From positions 512,001 to 576,000 of the forward strand of contig CAXXKM010000001.1 in NCBI GenBank assembly GCA_963664435.2: 64,000 bases of DNA. The letters run 5' to 3'. Source of the stretch: Longimicrobiales bacterium. GTDB taxonomy: Bacteria > Gemmatimonadota > Gemmatimonadetes > Longimicrobiales > Gaopeijiaceae. This document shows positions 50,583-60,880 of this stretch, piece by piece. Within the stretch, counting starts at the first letter, position 1; every line of letters starts with the position of its first letter. A program made the position numbers and the translations under genes. The notes beneath the pieces are model-generated. The model did no database searches and was not told the origin of the DNA. It was given only the letters and a program-made list of their open reading frames with translations.

Positions 50583-52406
50583 TCAGCCCGGGTCGACGGC
50601 TTCATACACCGCCTGACGACGACGACGGTTCCGCTCCCGGTCCGTTACGATCTCGACAATCCCGCTCCCGCCCCGCGCGATCCGGCGCTCCAGCGACGAT
50701 GCCAGCTGCGCGTGCGTCCGGACGCGCTCGTGCGGCAGCCCGTAGAGCGCGGCCGCGTGGGCGAAGTCCAGTCCGTGCGGCGTCGCGAAGTGCCGGGTGA
50801 ACGCCGGTTCGAAGTTCCGGATGGGGAGGAAATGGAAGATACCGCCCCCGTCATTGTTGACCAGGACGAAGATGATCTCGGCGTGGTCGCGGGCGCTCAG
50901 GAGCCCGTTCATGTCGTGGATGAACGCCACGTCGCCGACGATGGCCAGTACCGGGCCCTCCCCCCCGGCGGCGACACCCGCGGCCGACGACAGGATGCCG
51001 TCGATTCCGCTGGCCCCGCGGTTGCCGTGAACCAGAAGCGGCTTCCGGCAGGGGAAGGCGAAGGCGTCCAGGTCGCGCACCGGCATGCTCGACGAGACGA
51101 AGATGTTGCTCCCGGGCGGCGCGGCGCGCACGACTTCCGCGCACACGGCGCCATCGAAAAGCTCGCCCTGCGAGCATTCCGCGACCGCACGCGAGGCCGC
51201 CTCCCGTGCTCGGCGCCACCGGCCGCGCCACCGCTCCTTCGACTCGCTGTCCGTGCCGGAGTGTTCGCGTCCGGAGGCCTTCGGGGCCGCGGGACCGCCC
51301 ATTGGCCCGGAATCCACCGCCAACTGCGCACACAGGGCTTCGGCGAAGGTCGCCACATCGGCGCGCAGGTAGTCGCTGGCGACGTTGAGGTGATCCTTCC
51401 AGCGATCCCCGCCGTCGATCGCCCACTGCTCGCCTCCCGCTTCTCCAAGCAGCGTCAGCAGATTCGCCGAGGTGGGGCTCGCGCCCAGACGCAGGATGAG
51501 TTCGGGGCGCAGGGCATCACGCGCGGGTGCGTGCTTCAGGAAGAGGTCGTACCCGCCCACGCGCAGCGCTCCCTTCGCGTCGCCGAAGCGGGCGCCGGAG
51601 AGGGCATCGGCAAGGAGCGGATACCCGGTGGCGGCGGCAAGAGCCTTCGCGGCGGGCCCGTCGCGCTCCGGCTCGGGCGAGGGACCGGCGACGACCAGCC
51701 CGCGTTCGACCGCCCGCACCCGCGCCGCCAGCTCGGCCACGCGGCCGGCAGGGGACGCCGAGCGGCGTACGGCGATGCGCGTGAGCGGGGCCGCCGCCGG
51801 CCGGCCTCGCGCCGCCAGCGGATTCGCGGCAGCGAACCCCTCCGGCACCTCACCGGATACCCGCGTTGGCGCGAGCGGCTTGGCGAAGGGCAGGTTCATG
51901 TGCACCGGGCCGGCCGGGCGACCCACGGCGGACGCCACCGCGCGAGCCGCCAGCGCCCGCAGGTGCACGAGCGCCCCCTCCGCCACCTCGGGTGGCGCGG
52001 CCTCCACGAAATCGCGTACATGGCTGCCGAACATGCGCGTCTGGTCGATCGTCTGGTTCGCGTCCGCGCCACGCAGCCGGTGCGGGCGGTCGGCGGTCAG
52101 CAGGAGCAGGGGGGCCTCGCTGTACGATGCTTCGACGACCGCCGGAAAGAGGTTGGCGACCGCGGTTCCCGAGGTGGTGATCACTGCTGCGGGCCGCCCC
52201 GCGCGCTTGCCCAGGCCGAGCGCGAAGAACCCCGCCGACCGCTCGTCCAGGTGGGTGAACACCCGCAACCGCTCATCTGCCGCGGCGGCCATGACCAGCG
52301 GGGCGGAGCGGTAGCCCGGCGCCAGCACGACCTCGCGCACCCCCGCGCGCGCAAATTCGTCGAGCAGGACGCCGGCCCACACCAGGTTCCGGTTCGGACC
52401 GGTCAC
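50583..52406 (-). CDS. menD: SEPHCHC synthase
   Basis: DERSAGFFALG, TSGTAVAN, TADRP, SSMPVRD, NRGASGIDG, GDVAFIHD, NNDGGGIF. Confidence 0.95.
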   Translation of the reverse strand: MTGPNRNLVWAGVLLDEFARAGVREVVLAPGYRSAPLVMAAAADERLRVFTHLDERSAGFFALGLGKRAGRPAAVITTSGTAVANLFPAVVEASYSEAPLLLLTADRPHRLRGADANQTIDQTRMFGSHVRDFVEAAPPEVAEGALVHLRALAARAVASAVGRPAGPVHMNLPFAKPLAPTRVSGEVPEGFAAANPLAARGRPAAAPLTRIAVRRSASPAGRVAELAARVRAVERGLVVAGPSPEPERDGPAAKALAAATGYPLLADALSGARFGDAKGALRVGGYDLFLKHAPARDALRPELILRLGASPTSANLLTLLGEAGGEQWAIDGGDRWKDHLNVASDYLRADVATFAEALCAQLAVDSGPMGGPAAPKASGREHSGTDSESKERWRGRWRRAREAASRAVAECSQGELFDGAVCAEVVRAAPPGSNIFVSSSMPVRDLDAFAFPCRKPLLVHGNRGASGIDGILSSAAGVAAGGEGPVLAIVGDVAFIHDMNGLLSARDHAEIIFVLVNNDGGGIFHFLPIRNFEPAFTRHFATPHGLDFAHAAALYGLPHERVRTHAQLASSLERRIARGGSGIVEIVTDRERNRRRRQAVYEAVDPG

Positions 52407-52419
52407 CGTCCGTCGACGC

Positions 52420-53796
52420 TCAGCGAACGCCGCGGGCCCCGGCCGCGTCCAGCGCGCGCAGCACCGGCTCGAACTTGATCCCGGTCTCGTCCCACTCCGC
52501 ATCGGGATCGGAGCCGGGCACGATCCCCGCCCCGGCGAAGAGTCGCCAGGTGGTGGAACGCGCCACCGCAGTGCGCAGCGCCGGCACGAAGACCCCGTCG
52601 CCGCGGGTGTCGAACCACCCCACCGGGCCCGCGTACCATCCGCGCTCGAAGGGCTCGTTCCTGGAGAGCAGGTCGAGGGCCGCGTCGCGGGCCACGCCAC
52701 AGACGGCGGGCGTCGGGTGGAGCGCCGCCACCAGTTCCAGTACCGATGCCCCGGGCCGCAGGATCGCCTTGATTCGGGTCTCGAGGTGCTGAATGCGGGC
52801 CAGAGTGAGCACGTGCGGCTCGGCCTGGACTTCGACCGTGCGCGACAGCGGCTCCAGCCGCGCGACCATGTCCTTGACCGTGAATGCGTGTTCGACCCGA
52901 TCCTTGGCGCTGTCAAGAAGCTGATGGGCGAGGGCGCGCTGCTCCTGGTCGGTCCCACCGCGCGACACCGAACCGGCGACGGCGGTCGCGCTGAAACGGT
53001 CGCCCCGAACCGTGGCCAGCGCCTCGGGAGTGGCACCGACGATCGGCGACCCGGCCACGGGCTCGAAGAGGAACACGTGGGCGTCCGCGTTCTCGCGCCG
53101 CAGGTATTCGAGCACTTCCACCGGATCGAGAGCGCCCGTGGTGGACACGTCGAGGATGCGCGCGAGCACCGCCTTCTCCATCCGCCCGTCCTGGATGGCC
53201 GACAGGATCTCCTCGACCGCGCGCTGCCAGTTCCGGCGCCCCGACCGCAGGCGGGCGGCGGGACGCAGCGCCCGATGATCCCCGTTTCGCGCAGTCCGGG
53301 CGACGCCCTTCAGCGTGTAGTCGAGCCGCGCCCGCAGCTGGCCGCGCACCGTCGCCACGTCGTCCCCGGGGCCGGCCAGCGCCTGAGTGGTGAGGCGTAC
53401 GGTCTCGCCGTCGTGCTCCAACTCCAGGTCCGGCAGAACGAAACGCGCGCTTGGGAACGCGGCCCAGAAATCGCGCGGCACGTGATCGTCCCGGAAGGAG
53501 AAGCCCCCGTAGAAGCGCACCGCGGACTCCTGCCCCGCTCCTCGCCATCCGAGCCCGTTCTCGGGGCGGGCAAAGCTCCGAGCCCGGTCCTGGATCGCGA
53601 GGAAGCGATCCCGCGACCCGACGCCGGAATGAACCACCAGGGACTCGAGTTCCCCGACATGGGCCAGCCACCCCCGCCCCCGCGCCCAGAAGCCCCGGGG
53701 GCGGCCCCGGCCCCATCTCAGGAATGCACCGGGCTGCAGGCGGCTGTCGACGGTTTCGCGAACCAGTACGAAGCGCGGGGGTGCCTGTAGTCTCAT
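52420..53796 (-). CDS. menF: Isochorismate synthase
   Basis: KAVLAR, GATPE, AVAGS, KDRVEH, LHPTPAVCG, RGWYAGPVGW, FAGAGIV. Confidence 0.92.
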   Translation of the reverse strand: MRLQAPPRFVLVRETVDSRLQPGAFLRWGRGRPRGFWARGRGWLAHVGELESLVVHSGVGSRDRFLAIQDRARSFARPENGLGWRGAGQESAVRFYGGFSFRDDHVPRDFWAAFPSARFVLPDLELEHDGETVRLTTQALAGPGDDVATVRGQLRARLDYTLKGVARTARNGDHRALRPAARLRSGRRNWQRAVEEILSAIQDGRMEKAVLARILDVSTTGALDPVEVLEYLRRENADAHVFLFEPVAGSPIVGATPEALATVRGDRFSATAVAGSVSRGGTDQEQRALAHQLLDSAKDRVEHAFTVKDMVARLEPLSRTVEVQAEPHVLTLARIQHLETRIKAILRPGASVLELVAALHPTPAVCGVARDAALDLLSRNEPFERGWYAGPVGWFDTRGDGVFVPALRTAVARSTTWRLFAGAGIVPGSDPDAEWDETGIKFEPVLRALDAAGARGVR

Positions 53797-54015
53797 TTCT
53801 CCCGGACCTGGCGTCGGTTGCCCCTGCGGGGACGTTTTGGCGAAGGTCTGTGCTTCCGTCGTCGGCCGCCTCGGCCAGCCTGCGGCGACAGCGCCGGAAA
53901 ACGTTCACTGTGCCCGCGATGACGTGCAAGGGGCGCGTTGCCCCGCCTCCGGCGCGCGCCTATCATGAGCCGGGTTTTCTCACCCGTTTTCACCTCTTCT
54001 GCCATGAGGAAACCG

Positions 54016-55143
54016 ATGGACCGCAGACACTTCGTGCGTTCCGGAGCAACCCTGGGCGCCTTCGGCATCGGAGGCCTGGGCTTCCCTCGACTCGCCAGCG
54101 CAACCTGGTCTCCCGGACTCCAGGCCGACGGCTCCATCCGCATGAACTCCAACGAGAACCCGTTGGGTCTCTCGCCATCGGCGCGCCAGGCGGTCGTCGA
54201 CAACCTCGATCTCGCGAACCGCTATCCGGGCGATCTGATCGGGCAGCTCAGCGACCGGATGTGCGCGTACTACGGCATCACAGCCGATCAGCTGGTGCTC
54301 GGCGCGGGCTCCACCGAGATCCTGCAGATGATCGTTCAGGCCTACGCGTCGCCGCTTCGCAAGCTGGTGCTCGCCGAGCCCACCTTCGAGGACGTGAACG
54401 ACTATCGCGACACCTATCCGTACGACGTGGTGACCGTTCCTCTCACCTCGCAGTACGAGCACGACCTGAACCGCATGCGCGAGGAGTCCGAGAAGGACGG
54501 CCGCCCGGCCATGGTCTACATCTGCAACCCAAACAACCCGACGGGCACCATCACGTCCAGCGCCGAACTCGACAACTGGATCGCGGACGCGCCCGAGGAC
54601 GTGCTCTTCCTCATGGATGAAGCGTACTTCGAGTACGTGGAAGACCCCGCGTACTGGTCCGCGCTCAAGTGGGTGCACGACCGCCCCAACGTGATCGTGG
54701 TGCGCACTTTCTCGAAGATCTACGGGATGGCGGGGCTGCGCCTGGGCTTCGGCATCGCGCACCCGCGCGCGGTCCGGCGCATGCAGGACTTCGCGATACA
54801 CAGCAGCGCCAACCAGCTGGCGCTGGCGGCCGGCATCGCTTGCTTCGGCGACGAGGAGTTGATGGCGAAGAGCCGCGAGGTGAACCGGGAGGCCCGCGAG
54901 ATCACCGAGGCCTGCCTGGATGAACTCGGCCTCGAGTACCTGCCCACCCACGGCAATTTCCTGATGCACCGCATCAGCGGGGATCTGGACACCTACATCA
55001 ACCGCATGAGCGACGCAGGCCTGCTGGTCGGCCGCAGGTTCCCGCCCATGCTCGACTACAACCGCCTCTCCTTCTCCCTGCCGGAGCACATGGAGCAGTG
55101 GGCCGAGACCCTGCGCGACTTCCGCAGCAGGGGCTGGGTGTAG
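54016..55143 (+). CDS. Tat-exported HisC-like PLP aminotransferase
   Basis: MDRRHFVRSG Tat motif; NSNENP, CNPNNPTG, DEAY, RTFSKIYGMAGLRLG. Confidence 0.88.
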   Translation: MDRRHFVRSGATLGAFGIGGLGFPRLASATWSPGLQADGSIRMNSNENPLGLSPSARQAVVDNLDLANRYPGDLIGQLSDRMCAYYGITADQLVLGAGSTEILQMIVQAYASPLRKLVLAEPTFEDVNDYRDTYPYDVVTVPLTSQYEHDLNRMREESEKDGRPAMVYICNPNNPTGTITSSAELDNWIADAPEDVLFLMDEAYFEYVEDPAYWSALKWVHDRPNVIVVRTFSKIYGMAGLRLGFGIAHPRAVRRMQDFAIHSSANQLALAAGIACFGDEELMAKSREVNREAREITEACLDELGLEYLPTHGNFLMHRISGDLDTYINRMSDAGLLVGRRFPPMLDYNRLSFSLPEHMEQWAETLRDFRSRGWV

Positions 55144-55149
55144 GCAGCC

Positions 55150-56091
55150 GTGACTGCAAGCTCGGGCACATACGGGCGTCCGGCCTCCCCGGAGGACGGG
55201 CCGCCTGCGGACGACATGCCGGAAGCCACCCGCCCGCGCGCACGATCCACACGCCCCTTCCCCACGTTCCTCCAGGGCCTCGGGCTGGTGGTGCTGGTGC
55301 TGGTCCTCCAGTCATCGATAGGGCTGGCGGCCTTCCTGCTTGATCCGACCTCGGGAACCTACAGCCAGCACCCACTCACGCTGGGCGTCGCCAACCTGCT
55401 CGCCTTCGGCATCGTGATCCTCGTGGCCACGCGACGCAGGGGGATCGGGTTCGCAGCGGTCTGCCCGTCAAGCCCGGTGTCCCCGGGAATCCTCCTGCTG
55501 GTCGCCGTTCTCATCCTGGGCACCGTCATCCTCCTCTCCGAGGTCGACAATCTCACTCGCCTGGTCTTCCCGCCGCCGGCTGGGCTGGCCGAGGCGTTCG
55601 AAGAACTCCTGGACACGAGAGCGCGCCCGATCGGCAGCTTCTTTCTGCTCGTGGTCGTCGCCCCGGTGACCGAGGAAGTGCTCTGCCGGGGCCTCATCCT
55701 GAGGGGATTCCTGGGCAACTATTCGAAGAGGAGCGCCATTCTGCTGTCCGCGCTGCTCTTCGCCGTGATGCACACCAACCCGTGGCAGTTCATCTCCGCC
55801 TTCGTCGCCGGCGTGCTGCTGGCCTGGCTGCTGATCGAGACGGGATCGCTGCTGCCCTGCCTGTTCGCGCACGCCATGGCCAACGGTACGGCGTATCTCG
55901 CGGGGCTGACCCGGGTGGAGGTTCCAGGCTTCACGAGCAGCATGGGGGATGCCGTGCAGTTTCAGCCTTTCTGGCTGAACGCGGTGGGCGTGGCGTTTGC
56001 CGTGGGCGGCTATCTGCTGCTCCGGCGCACGTTCCGGGAGAAGGCCCGCCCGCCTGAAGATCTCTACCGCCGCCCGCGGGCGCCCGCCTGA
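55150..56091 (+). CDS. CPBP (CAAX/Abi) family intramembrane protease; start uncertain
   Basis: APVTEEVLCRG, FAVMH, AHAMAN; multi-TM. Confidence 0.85.
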   Translation: MTASSGTYGRPASPEDGPPADDMPEATRPRARSTRPFPTFLQGLGLVVLVLVLQSSIGLAAFLLDPTSGTYSQHPLTLGVANLLAFGIVILVATRRRGIGFAAVCPSSPVSPGILLLVAVLILGTVILLSEVDNLTRLVFPPPAGLAEAFEELLDTRARPIGSFFLLVVVAPVTEEVLCRGLILRGFLGNYSKRSAILLSALLFAVMHTNPWQFISAFVAGVLLAWLLIETGSLLPCLFAHAMANGTAYLAGLTRVEVPGFTSSMGDAVQFQPFWLNAVGVAFAVGGYLLLRRTFREKARPPEDLYRRPRAPA

Positions 56092-56120
56092 ACCTCATCG
56101 CTCCGCGCGAGGACCCGCTC

Positions 56121-56390
56121 ATGCCATCTCCGCCATCCGTCCGACCGGGATACTGGGCGGCCAACCTGCGCTACCTGGGCATCCTGCTCTCGATCTGGTT
56201 CCTGGTGTCGTTCGGCTGCGGCATCCTGTTCGCGGACGCGCTCAACGGCTTCCGGTTCCCCGGCACCGGGTTCAAGGTCGGATTCTGGTTCGCCCAGCAG
56301 GGAGCCATCTACGCCTTCCTGGTGCTCATCTTCGTCTACGTCCGGCTGATGAACCGCCTGGACCGCGAGTATGGGGTGGAAGAGGAATGA
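56121..56390 (+). CDS. DUF4212-family small membrane partner of SSS transporter
   Basis: YWAANLR...WFLVSFG...GFWFAQQG...LDREYG. Confidence 0.88.
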   Translation: MPSPPSVRPGYWAANLRYLGILLSIWFLVSFGCGILFADALNGFRFPGTGFKVGFWFAQQGAIYAFLVLIFVYVRLMNRLDREYGVEEE

Positions 56391-58108
56391 ACGTTCAGGC
56401 CTGGACCTTCACCCTGGTCGCGATCACCTTCGCGCTCTACATCGGCGTGGCGGTGTGGTCGCGCGCGAGCACCACCCGCGACTTCTATGTGGCGGGCAAG
56501 GGCGTGCCCCCGCTGGCGAACGGCATGGCGACCGCCGCCGACTGGATGTCGGCCGCGTCGTTCATCTCGATGGCCGGGCTGATCGCCTTCCTGGGCTACG
56601 ACGGCTCGGTGTACCTCATGGGCTGGACCGGGGGCTACGTCCTGCTGGCGCTGCTGCTGGCCCCCTACCTGCGCAAGTTCGGGCGCTATACCGTCCCCGA
56701 CTTCGTGGGCGACCGCTACTACTCGAAGACGGCGCGGGTGGTGGCCGTCGTTTGCGCCATCTTCATCTCGTTCACCTACGTGGCCGGCCAGATGCGCGGG
56801 GTGGGCATCGTCTTCAGCCGCTTCCTCGAGGTGCCGATCGAATGGGGCGTGGCGATCGGCATGGCGATCGTCTTCTTCTACGCCGTGCTCGGCGGCATGA
56901 AGGGGATCACCTACACGCAGGTGGCGCAGTACTGCGTGCTCATCTTCGCCTACATGGTGCCCGCCATCTTCCTGTCGATCCTCATCACCGGCAACCCAGT
57001 GCCGCAGCTGGGGCTGGGCGGCGCCGACCTGGTCAGCGGGGAGTACCTGCTGGACCGGCTCGACGGGCTCCACGAACAGCTGGGCTTCGCCGCCTACACG
57101 GACGGCTCCAAGTCGACGCTGGACGTGTTCGCGATCACGGCGGCGCTGATGGTGGGGACGGCGGGGCTGCCGCACGTGATCATCCGCTTCTACACGGTTC
57201 CGCGCGTGCGCGACGCCCGGGTTTCGGCGGGATGGGCGCTGCTCTTCATCGCGATTCTGTATACGACGGCGCCGGCGGTCGCGGTCTTCGCGCGCACCAA
57301 CCTGCTCAACACCGTGTCGGAGCAGCCCTACGAGGCGGTTCCGGAGTGGTTCACCACCTGGGAGAACACCGACCTTATCGCCTACGAAGACCACAACGGC
57401 GACGGGCTGATCCAGTTCGTGGGCCCCAGTGCCGTCGACGTCTCCGGGCAGCCGGTGGAGAACGAGCTCACCATCGACCGGGACATCATGGTGCTCGCCA
57501 ACCCGGAGATCGCGGGGCTGCCGGCGTGGGTCGTCGGGCTGGTGGCGGCGGGTGGACTCGCGGCGGCCCTCTCGACGGCGGCGGGCCTGCTGCTGGTGGT
57601 CTCCTCGGCCATCAGCCACGATCTGCTCAAGGGAGTCTTCCGGCCCGGCATCTCCGAGCGCGGAGAACTGGTGTGGGCGCGCGTCAGCGCGGCCTTCGCG
57701 GTCGTCCTGGCCGGTTATCTGGGCATCAACCCGCCCGGCTTCGTGGCCCAGGTGGTGGCGTTCGCCTTCGGGCTGGCCGCGGCCTCGTTCTTCCCCGCCA
57801 TCATCCTGGGCATCTTCTCCCGGCGCATGAACCGAGAGGGCGCCGTCGCCGGGATGATCTCGGGAATCGCCTTCACGGCCGCCTACATCATCTACTTCAA
57901 CTACCTGAATCCGGCCGCCAACACGGCCGACAACTGGTTCCTGGGGATTTCGCCGGAGGGCATCGGTTTCGTGGGCATGCTGATCAATTTCGTGGTCGCG
58001 GGCATCGTGTCGCGCTCGACCGCCGCGCCGCCCGAGGAGGTGGGCAGGCTGGTGGAACGCATCCGGGTGCCGAAGGGCTCGGGACCCGCGCACGAGGTGT
58101 CGGCATGA
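56387..58108 (+). CDS. Sodium:solute symporter, ActP-like cation/acetate permease
   Basis: NGMATAADWMSAASF, GWTGGY, GGMKGITYTQ, GTAGLPHVIIRF, AALSTAAGLLL. Confidence 0.92.
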   Translation: MNVQAWTFTLVAITFALYIGVAVWSRASTTRDFYVAGKGVPPLANGMATAADWMSAASFISMAGLIAFLGYDGSVYLMGWTGGYVLLALLLAPYLRKFGRYTVPDFVGDRYYSKTARVVAVVCAIFISFTYVAGQMRGVGIVFSRFLEVPIEWGVAIGMAIVFFYAVLGGMKGITYTQVAQYCVLIFAYMVPAIFLSILITGNPVPQLGLGGADLVSGEYLLDRLDGLHEQLGFAAYTDGSKSTLDVFAITAALMVGTAGLPHVIIRFYTVPRVRDARVSAGWALLFIAILYTTAPAVAVFARTNLLNTVSEQPYEAVPEWFTTWENTDLIAYEDHNGDGLIQFVGPSAVDVSGQPVENELTIDRDIMVLANPEIAGLPAWVVGLVAAGGLAAALSTAAGLLLVVSSAISHDLLKGVFRPGISERGELVWARVSAAFAVVLAGYLGINPPGFVAQVVAFAFGLAAASFFPAIILGIFSRRMNREGAVAGMISGIAFTAAYIIYFNYLNPAANTADNWFLGISPEGIGFVGMLINFVVAGIVSRSTAAPPEEVGRLVERIRVPKGSGPAHEVSA

Positions 58109-59847
58109 ACGGCGCCCGGCGGAGGCTGGCAGCGGCGCTCTGCGCGGGCGCCCTCTGCCTGACGGGATGCGCCGGCGAGGAAACCGGTTACGATGTCGTC
58201 ATTCGCGGAGGCACCGTCTACGACGGCTCCGGCTCACCCCCCGTGGTGGCCGACGTGGGCATCCGCGGAGACCGCATCGCGGCGCTGGGCGACCTTTCCG
58301 GCGCGCAGGCGGCGCAGGTGCTCGACGCCTCCGGGATGGCGGTGTCCCCGGGCTTCATCAACATGCTCAGCTGGGCCACCGAATCCCTCATCGTGGACGG
58401 GCGCTCCCTCGGCGACGTCCGCCAGGGGGTGACGCTCGAGGTCTTCGGAGAAGGCAGCTCGATGGGACCGGCGAACGACGCCATGAAGGCGGACTTCCTC
58501 GAGGACTTCGTCTCCTGGCTGGGCGGGACCGAAGCCGCCGCGCGCGCCCTGGGCCTGCCGCCGGATGCGCCGCTGGAGGTGCCCTGGACGACGCTCGGCG
58601 AATACCTGGGCTTCCTCGAGCGCAAGGGCGTCGCCACCAACGTGGCCTCCTTCATCGGCGCCACCACCGTGCGGGTGCACGAGATCGGCTATGAGGACCG
58701 CCCTCCCACCGCGGACGAACTGGAGCGCATGCGCGCCCTGGTGCGCACCGCGATGGAAGAGGGCGCCATGGGGGTGGGCTCGTCGCTCATCTACACCCCG
58801 GGGTTCTTCGCCGACACCGACGAGCTGATCGCGCTCTCCGAGGTCGCCGCCGAGTACGACGGCATGTACATCTCCCACATGCGCAGCGAGGGCGCGCGGC
58901 TGCTCGAATCGGTCGAGGAGCTCATCACCATCGCGCGCGAGGCCGGCATCCGCGCCCAGATCTACCACCTGAAGGCGGGCGGGCGCGAGAACTGGCACAA
59001 GATGGAGGACGTGATCGCGCGCGTGGAGCAGGTGCGCGCCGAGGGGCTCGGCATCACCGCCGACATGTACACCTACACCGCCGGCTCCACCGGGCTCGAC
59101 GCGGCCATGCCGCCCTGGGTGCAGGAGGGCGGCTACGACGCCTGGGCGGAGCGCATCCGGGACCCCGGGATCCGCGCGCGGGTGGTGGAGGAGATGCGGA
59201 CCCCCACGGACGAGTGGGAGAACCTGCTGCTCTCGTCCGGACCGGAGGGCGCGTTGCTGGTCGGCTTCCGCAACGAGGAACTGCGCCGCTACCAGGGCAT
59301 GACCCTGGCCGAGGTGGCCGAGGAGCGCGGCACCCCACCCGAGGAGACCGCCATCGACCTGGTGATCGAAGACGGCACCCGGGTGCAGGTCGTCTACTTC
59401 CTCATGTCGGAGGAGAACGTGCGCCGCCAGATCGCGCTGCCCTGGGTGTCCTTCGACTCCGACGCGGCGTCGATGGCGCCGGAAGGCGTCTTCCTGCAGA
59501 ACAGCACCCATCCGCGCGCGTACGGCAACTTCGCCCGCCTGCTGGGCCGGTACGTGCGCGAGGAAGGCGTCATCCCGCTGGAAGAGGCGGTGCGCAAGCT
59601 CACCTCGCTTCCGGCCGCCAACCTGCGCATCTCCGATCGCGGTCGGCTCGCGGAGGGCTATTTCGCGGATGTCGTGGTGTTCGACCCGGCCACCATCATC
59701 GACCACGCCACCTACGAGGATTCCCACCAGCTCGCCACCGGGGTGACGCACGTCTTCGTCAACGGCGTGATGGTGCTCGACGATTCCGAACCCACCGGCG
59801 CGATGTCCGGTCGTTTCGTGCGCGGACCCGGCTGGACGGGCCGCTGA
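58105..59847 (+). CDS. N-acyl-D-amino-acid deacylase family lipoprotein
   Basis: LTGC lipobox; IRGGTVYDGSG, PGFINMLSW, SHMRSEG, HPRAYGNF, ADVVVFDP. Confidence 0.88.
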   Translation: MNGARRRLAAALCAGALCLTGCAGEETGYDVVIRGGTVYDGSGSPPVVADVGIRGDRIAALGDLSGAQAAQVLDASGMAVSPGFINMLSWATESLIVDGRSLGDVRQGVTLEVFGEGSSMGPANDAMKADFLEDFVSWLGGTEAAARALGLPPDAPLEVPWTTLGEYLGFLERKGVATNVASFIGATTVRVHEIGYEDRPPTADELERMRALVRTAMEEGAMGVGSSLIYTPGFFADTDELIALSEVAAEYDGMYISHMRSEGARLLESVEELITIAREAGIRAQIYHLKAGGRENWHKMEDVIARVEQVRAEGLGITADMYTYTAGSTGLDAAMPPWVQEGGYDAWAERIRDPGIRARVVEEMRTPTDEWENLLLSSGPEGALLVGFRNEELRRYQGMTLAEVAEERGTPPEETAIDLVIEDGTRVQVVYFLMSEENVRRQIALPWVSFDSDAASMAPEGVFLQNSTHPRAYGNFARLLGRYVREEGVIPLEEAVRKLTSLPAANLRISDRGRLAEGYFADVVVFDPATIIDHATYEDSHQLATGVTHVFVNGVMVLDDSEPTGAMSGRFVRGPGWTGR

Positions 59848-59887
59848 GGTGTCCGACTAAGTCAACCGGCCTAAGTCCGCTCTCGAC

Positions 59888-60697
59888 TCAGCCGGGCACG
59901 AACGCCACGATGCGCAGCGGTCCCCCGCTGCCCCCGGCGATCTTCATGGGCAGCGCCACGACGAAGGCCCCCCACTCCGGCAGTTCGGCCAGCGAAGCCA
60001 CGTTCTCGTAGCCCGGGATGTTCTCCTCGTAAAGGATGCGGTGGGTTTCGAAGCCGCTCGACTGCCCATGGTCGATGCTGGCGGTGTCGATGCCCAGCGC
60101 GGCGATGTCGCGGTTGTCGACCAGCCACTGTGCCGCCTCCGGATCCAGGCCCGGGAAGTGAAGCTCCGGAACGGCTTCCGCCCCGCGCAGCGCCGTCCCC
60201 AGGTACCGGGCGGGGTCCGGCCAGCGGTTCGCCCAGCCCGTGTCGAGCAGGACGATGGCGCCGGAAGGGATGGGTCCGTTGCGCGCCTCCCACGCGGCGA
60301 GCGCCTCCACCCCCACCTGGTGGTCCGCATCGTCTCCCGCCGGGTCACGGATGACGGCCGCCGGCCCGATCATCGCGGACAGCGGAATCTGCTCCGTGGA
60401 GATCCTGCCCTCGGCGAAGTGGATGGGCGCGTCGATATGCGTCCCGCCGTGTTCGGACGACGCGAAGTTGAAGGAGGCGTAGAAGTACCCTCCCTCGGTC
60501 ATGCCGTAGGCGGCCGTGTCCAGCACGAACGGGTCGGCGGTCGGCCAGAAGACGGCGTCGGCGGAGACATCGTGGGTCAGGTCGATCCACCTTCCCGCAG
60601 TCCCGTCGAAAACGGCCGAGTAGTCGGGGGGTGCGGGCGCGCATCCCGAGACCAGCGCGAGCGCGGCGATGATGTGAAGTCCGCCTGGTCGCTTCAT
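59888..60697 (-). CDS. Cyclase family (kynurenine formamidase-like) lipoprotein
   Basis: VSGC lipobox; HGGTHIDAP, GIDTASID, ALPMKIAGGSGGPLR. Confidence 0.88.
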   Translation of the reverse strand: MKRPGGLHIIAALALVSGCAPAPPDYSAVFDGTAGRWIDLTHDVSADAVFWPTADPFVLDTAAYGMTEGGYFYASFNFASSEHGGTHIDAPIHFAEGRISTEQIPLSAMIGPAAVIRDPAGDDADHQVGVEALAAWEARNGPIPSGAIVLLDTGWANRWPDPARYLGTALRGAEAVPELHFPGLDPEAAQWLVDNRDIAALGIDTASIDHGQSSGFETHRILYEENIPGYENVASLAELPEWGAFVVALPMKIAGGSGGPLRIVAFVPG

Positions 60698-60880
60698 GAC
60701 AACCTCCCGCGAGTAGCGTTGTCGGCCCATATCAACATTCCGTGGCCCGGCCGCGGCGCGTATCATTCATGGACGCCTCCGCGTTCATCGGCGCGCTCCA
60801 TGGGTGATGCCCGGTGACCGAAAAACCTCAACCTGGGACGAAGATATGCGAGAGGAAAGCCTCCACGGCGGGATAGCTCC

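Noticed and set aside
54016..55143. Calling this gene hisC
   Set aside because: Tat signal and absence of other his genes argue against the biosynthetic enzyme
59848..59887. IS footprint (CTAAGTC repeated twice between convergent genes)
   Set aside because: A 7-bp repeat with no transposase or partner inverted repeat is too weak
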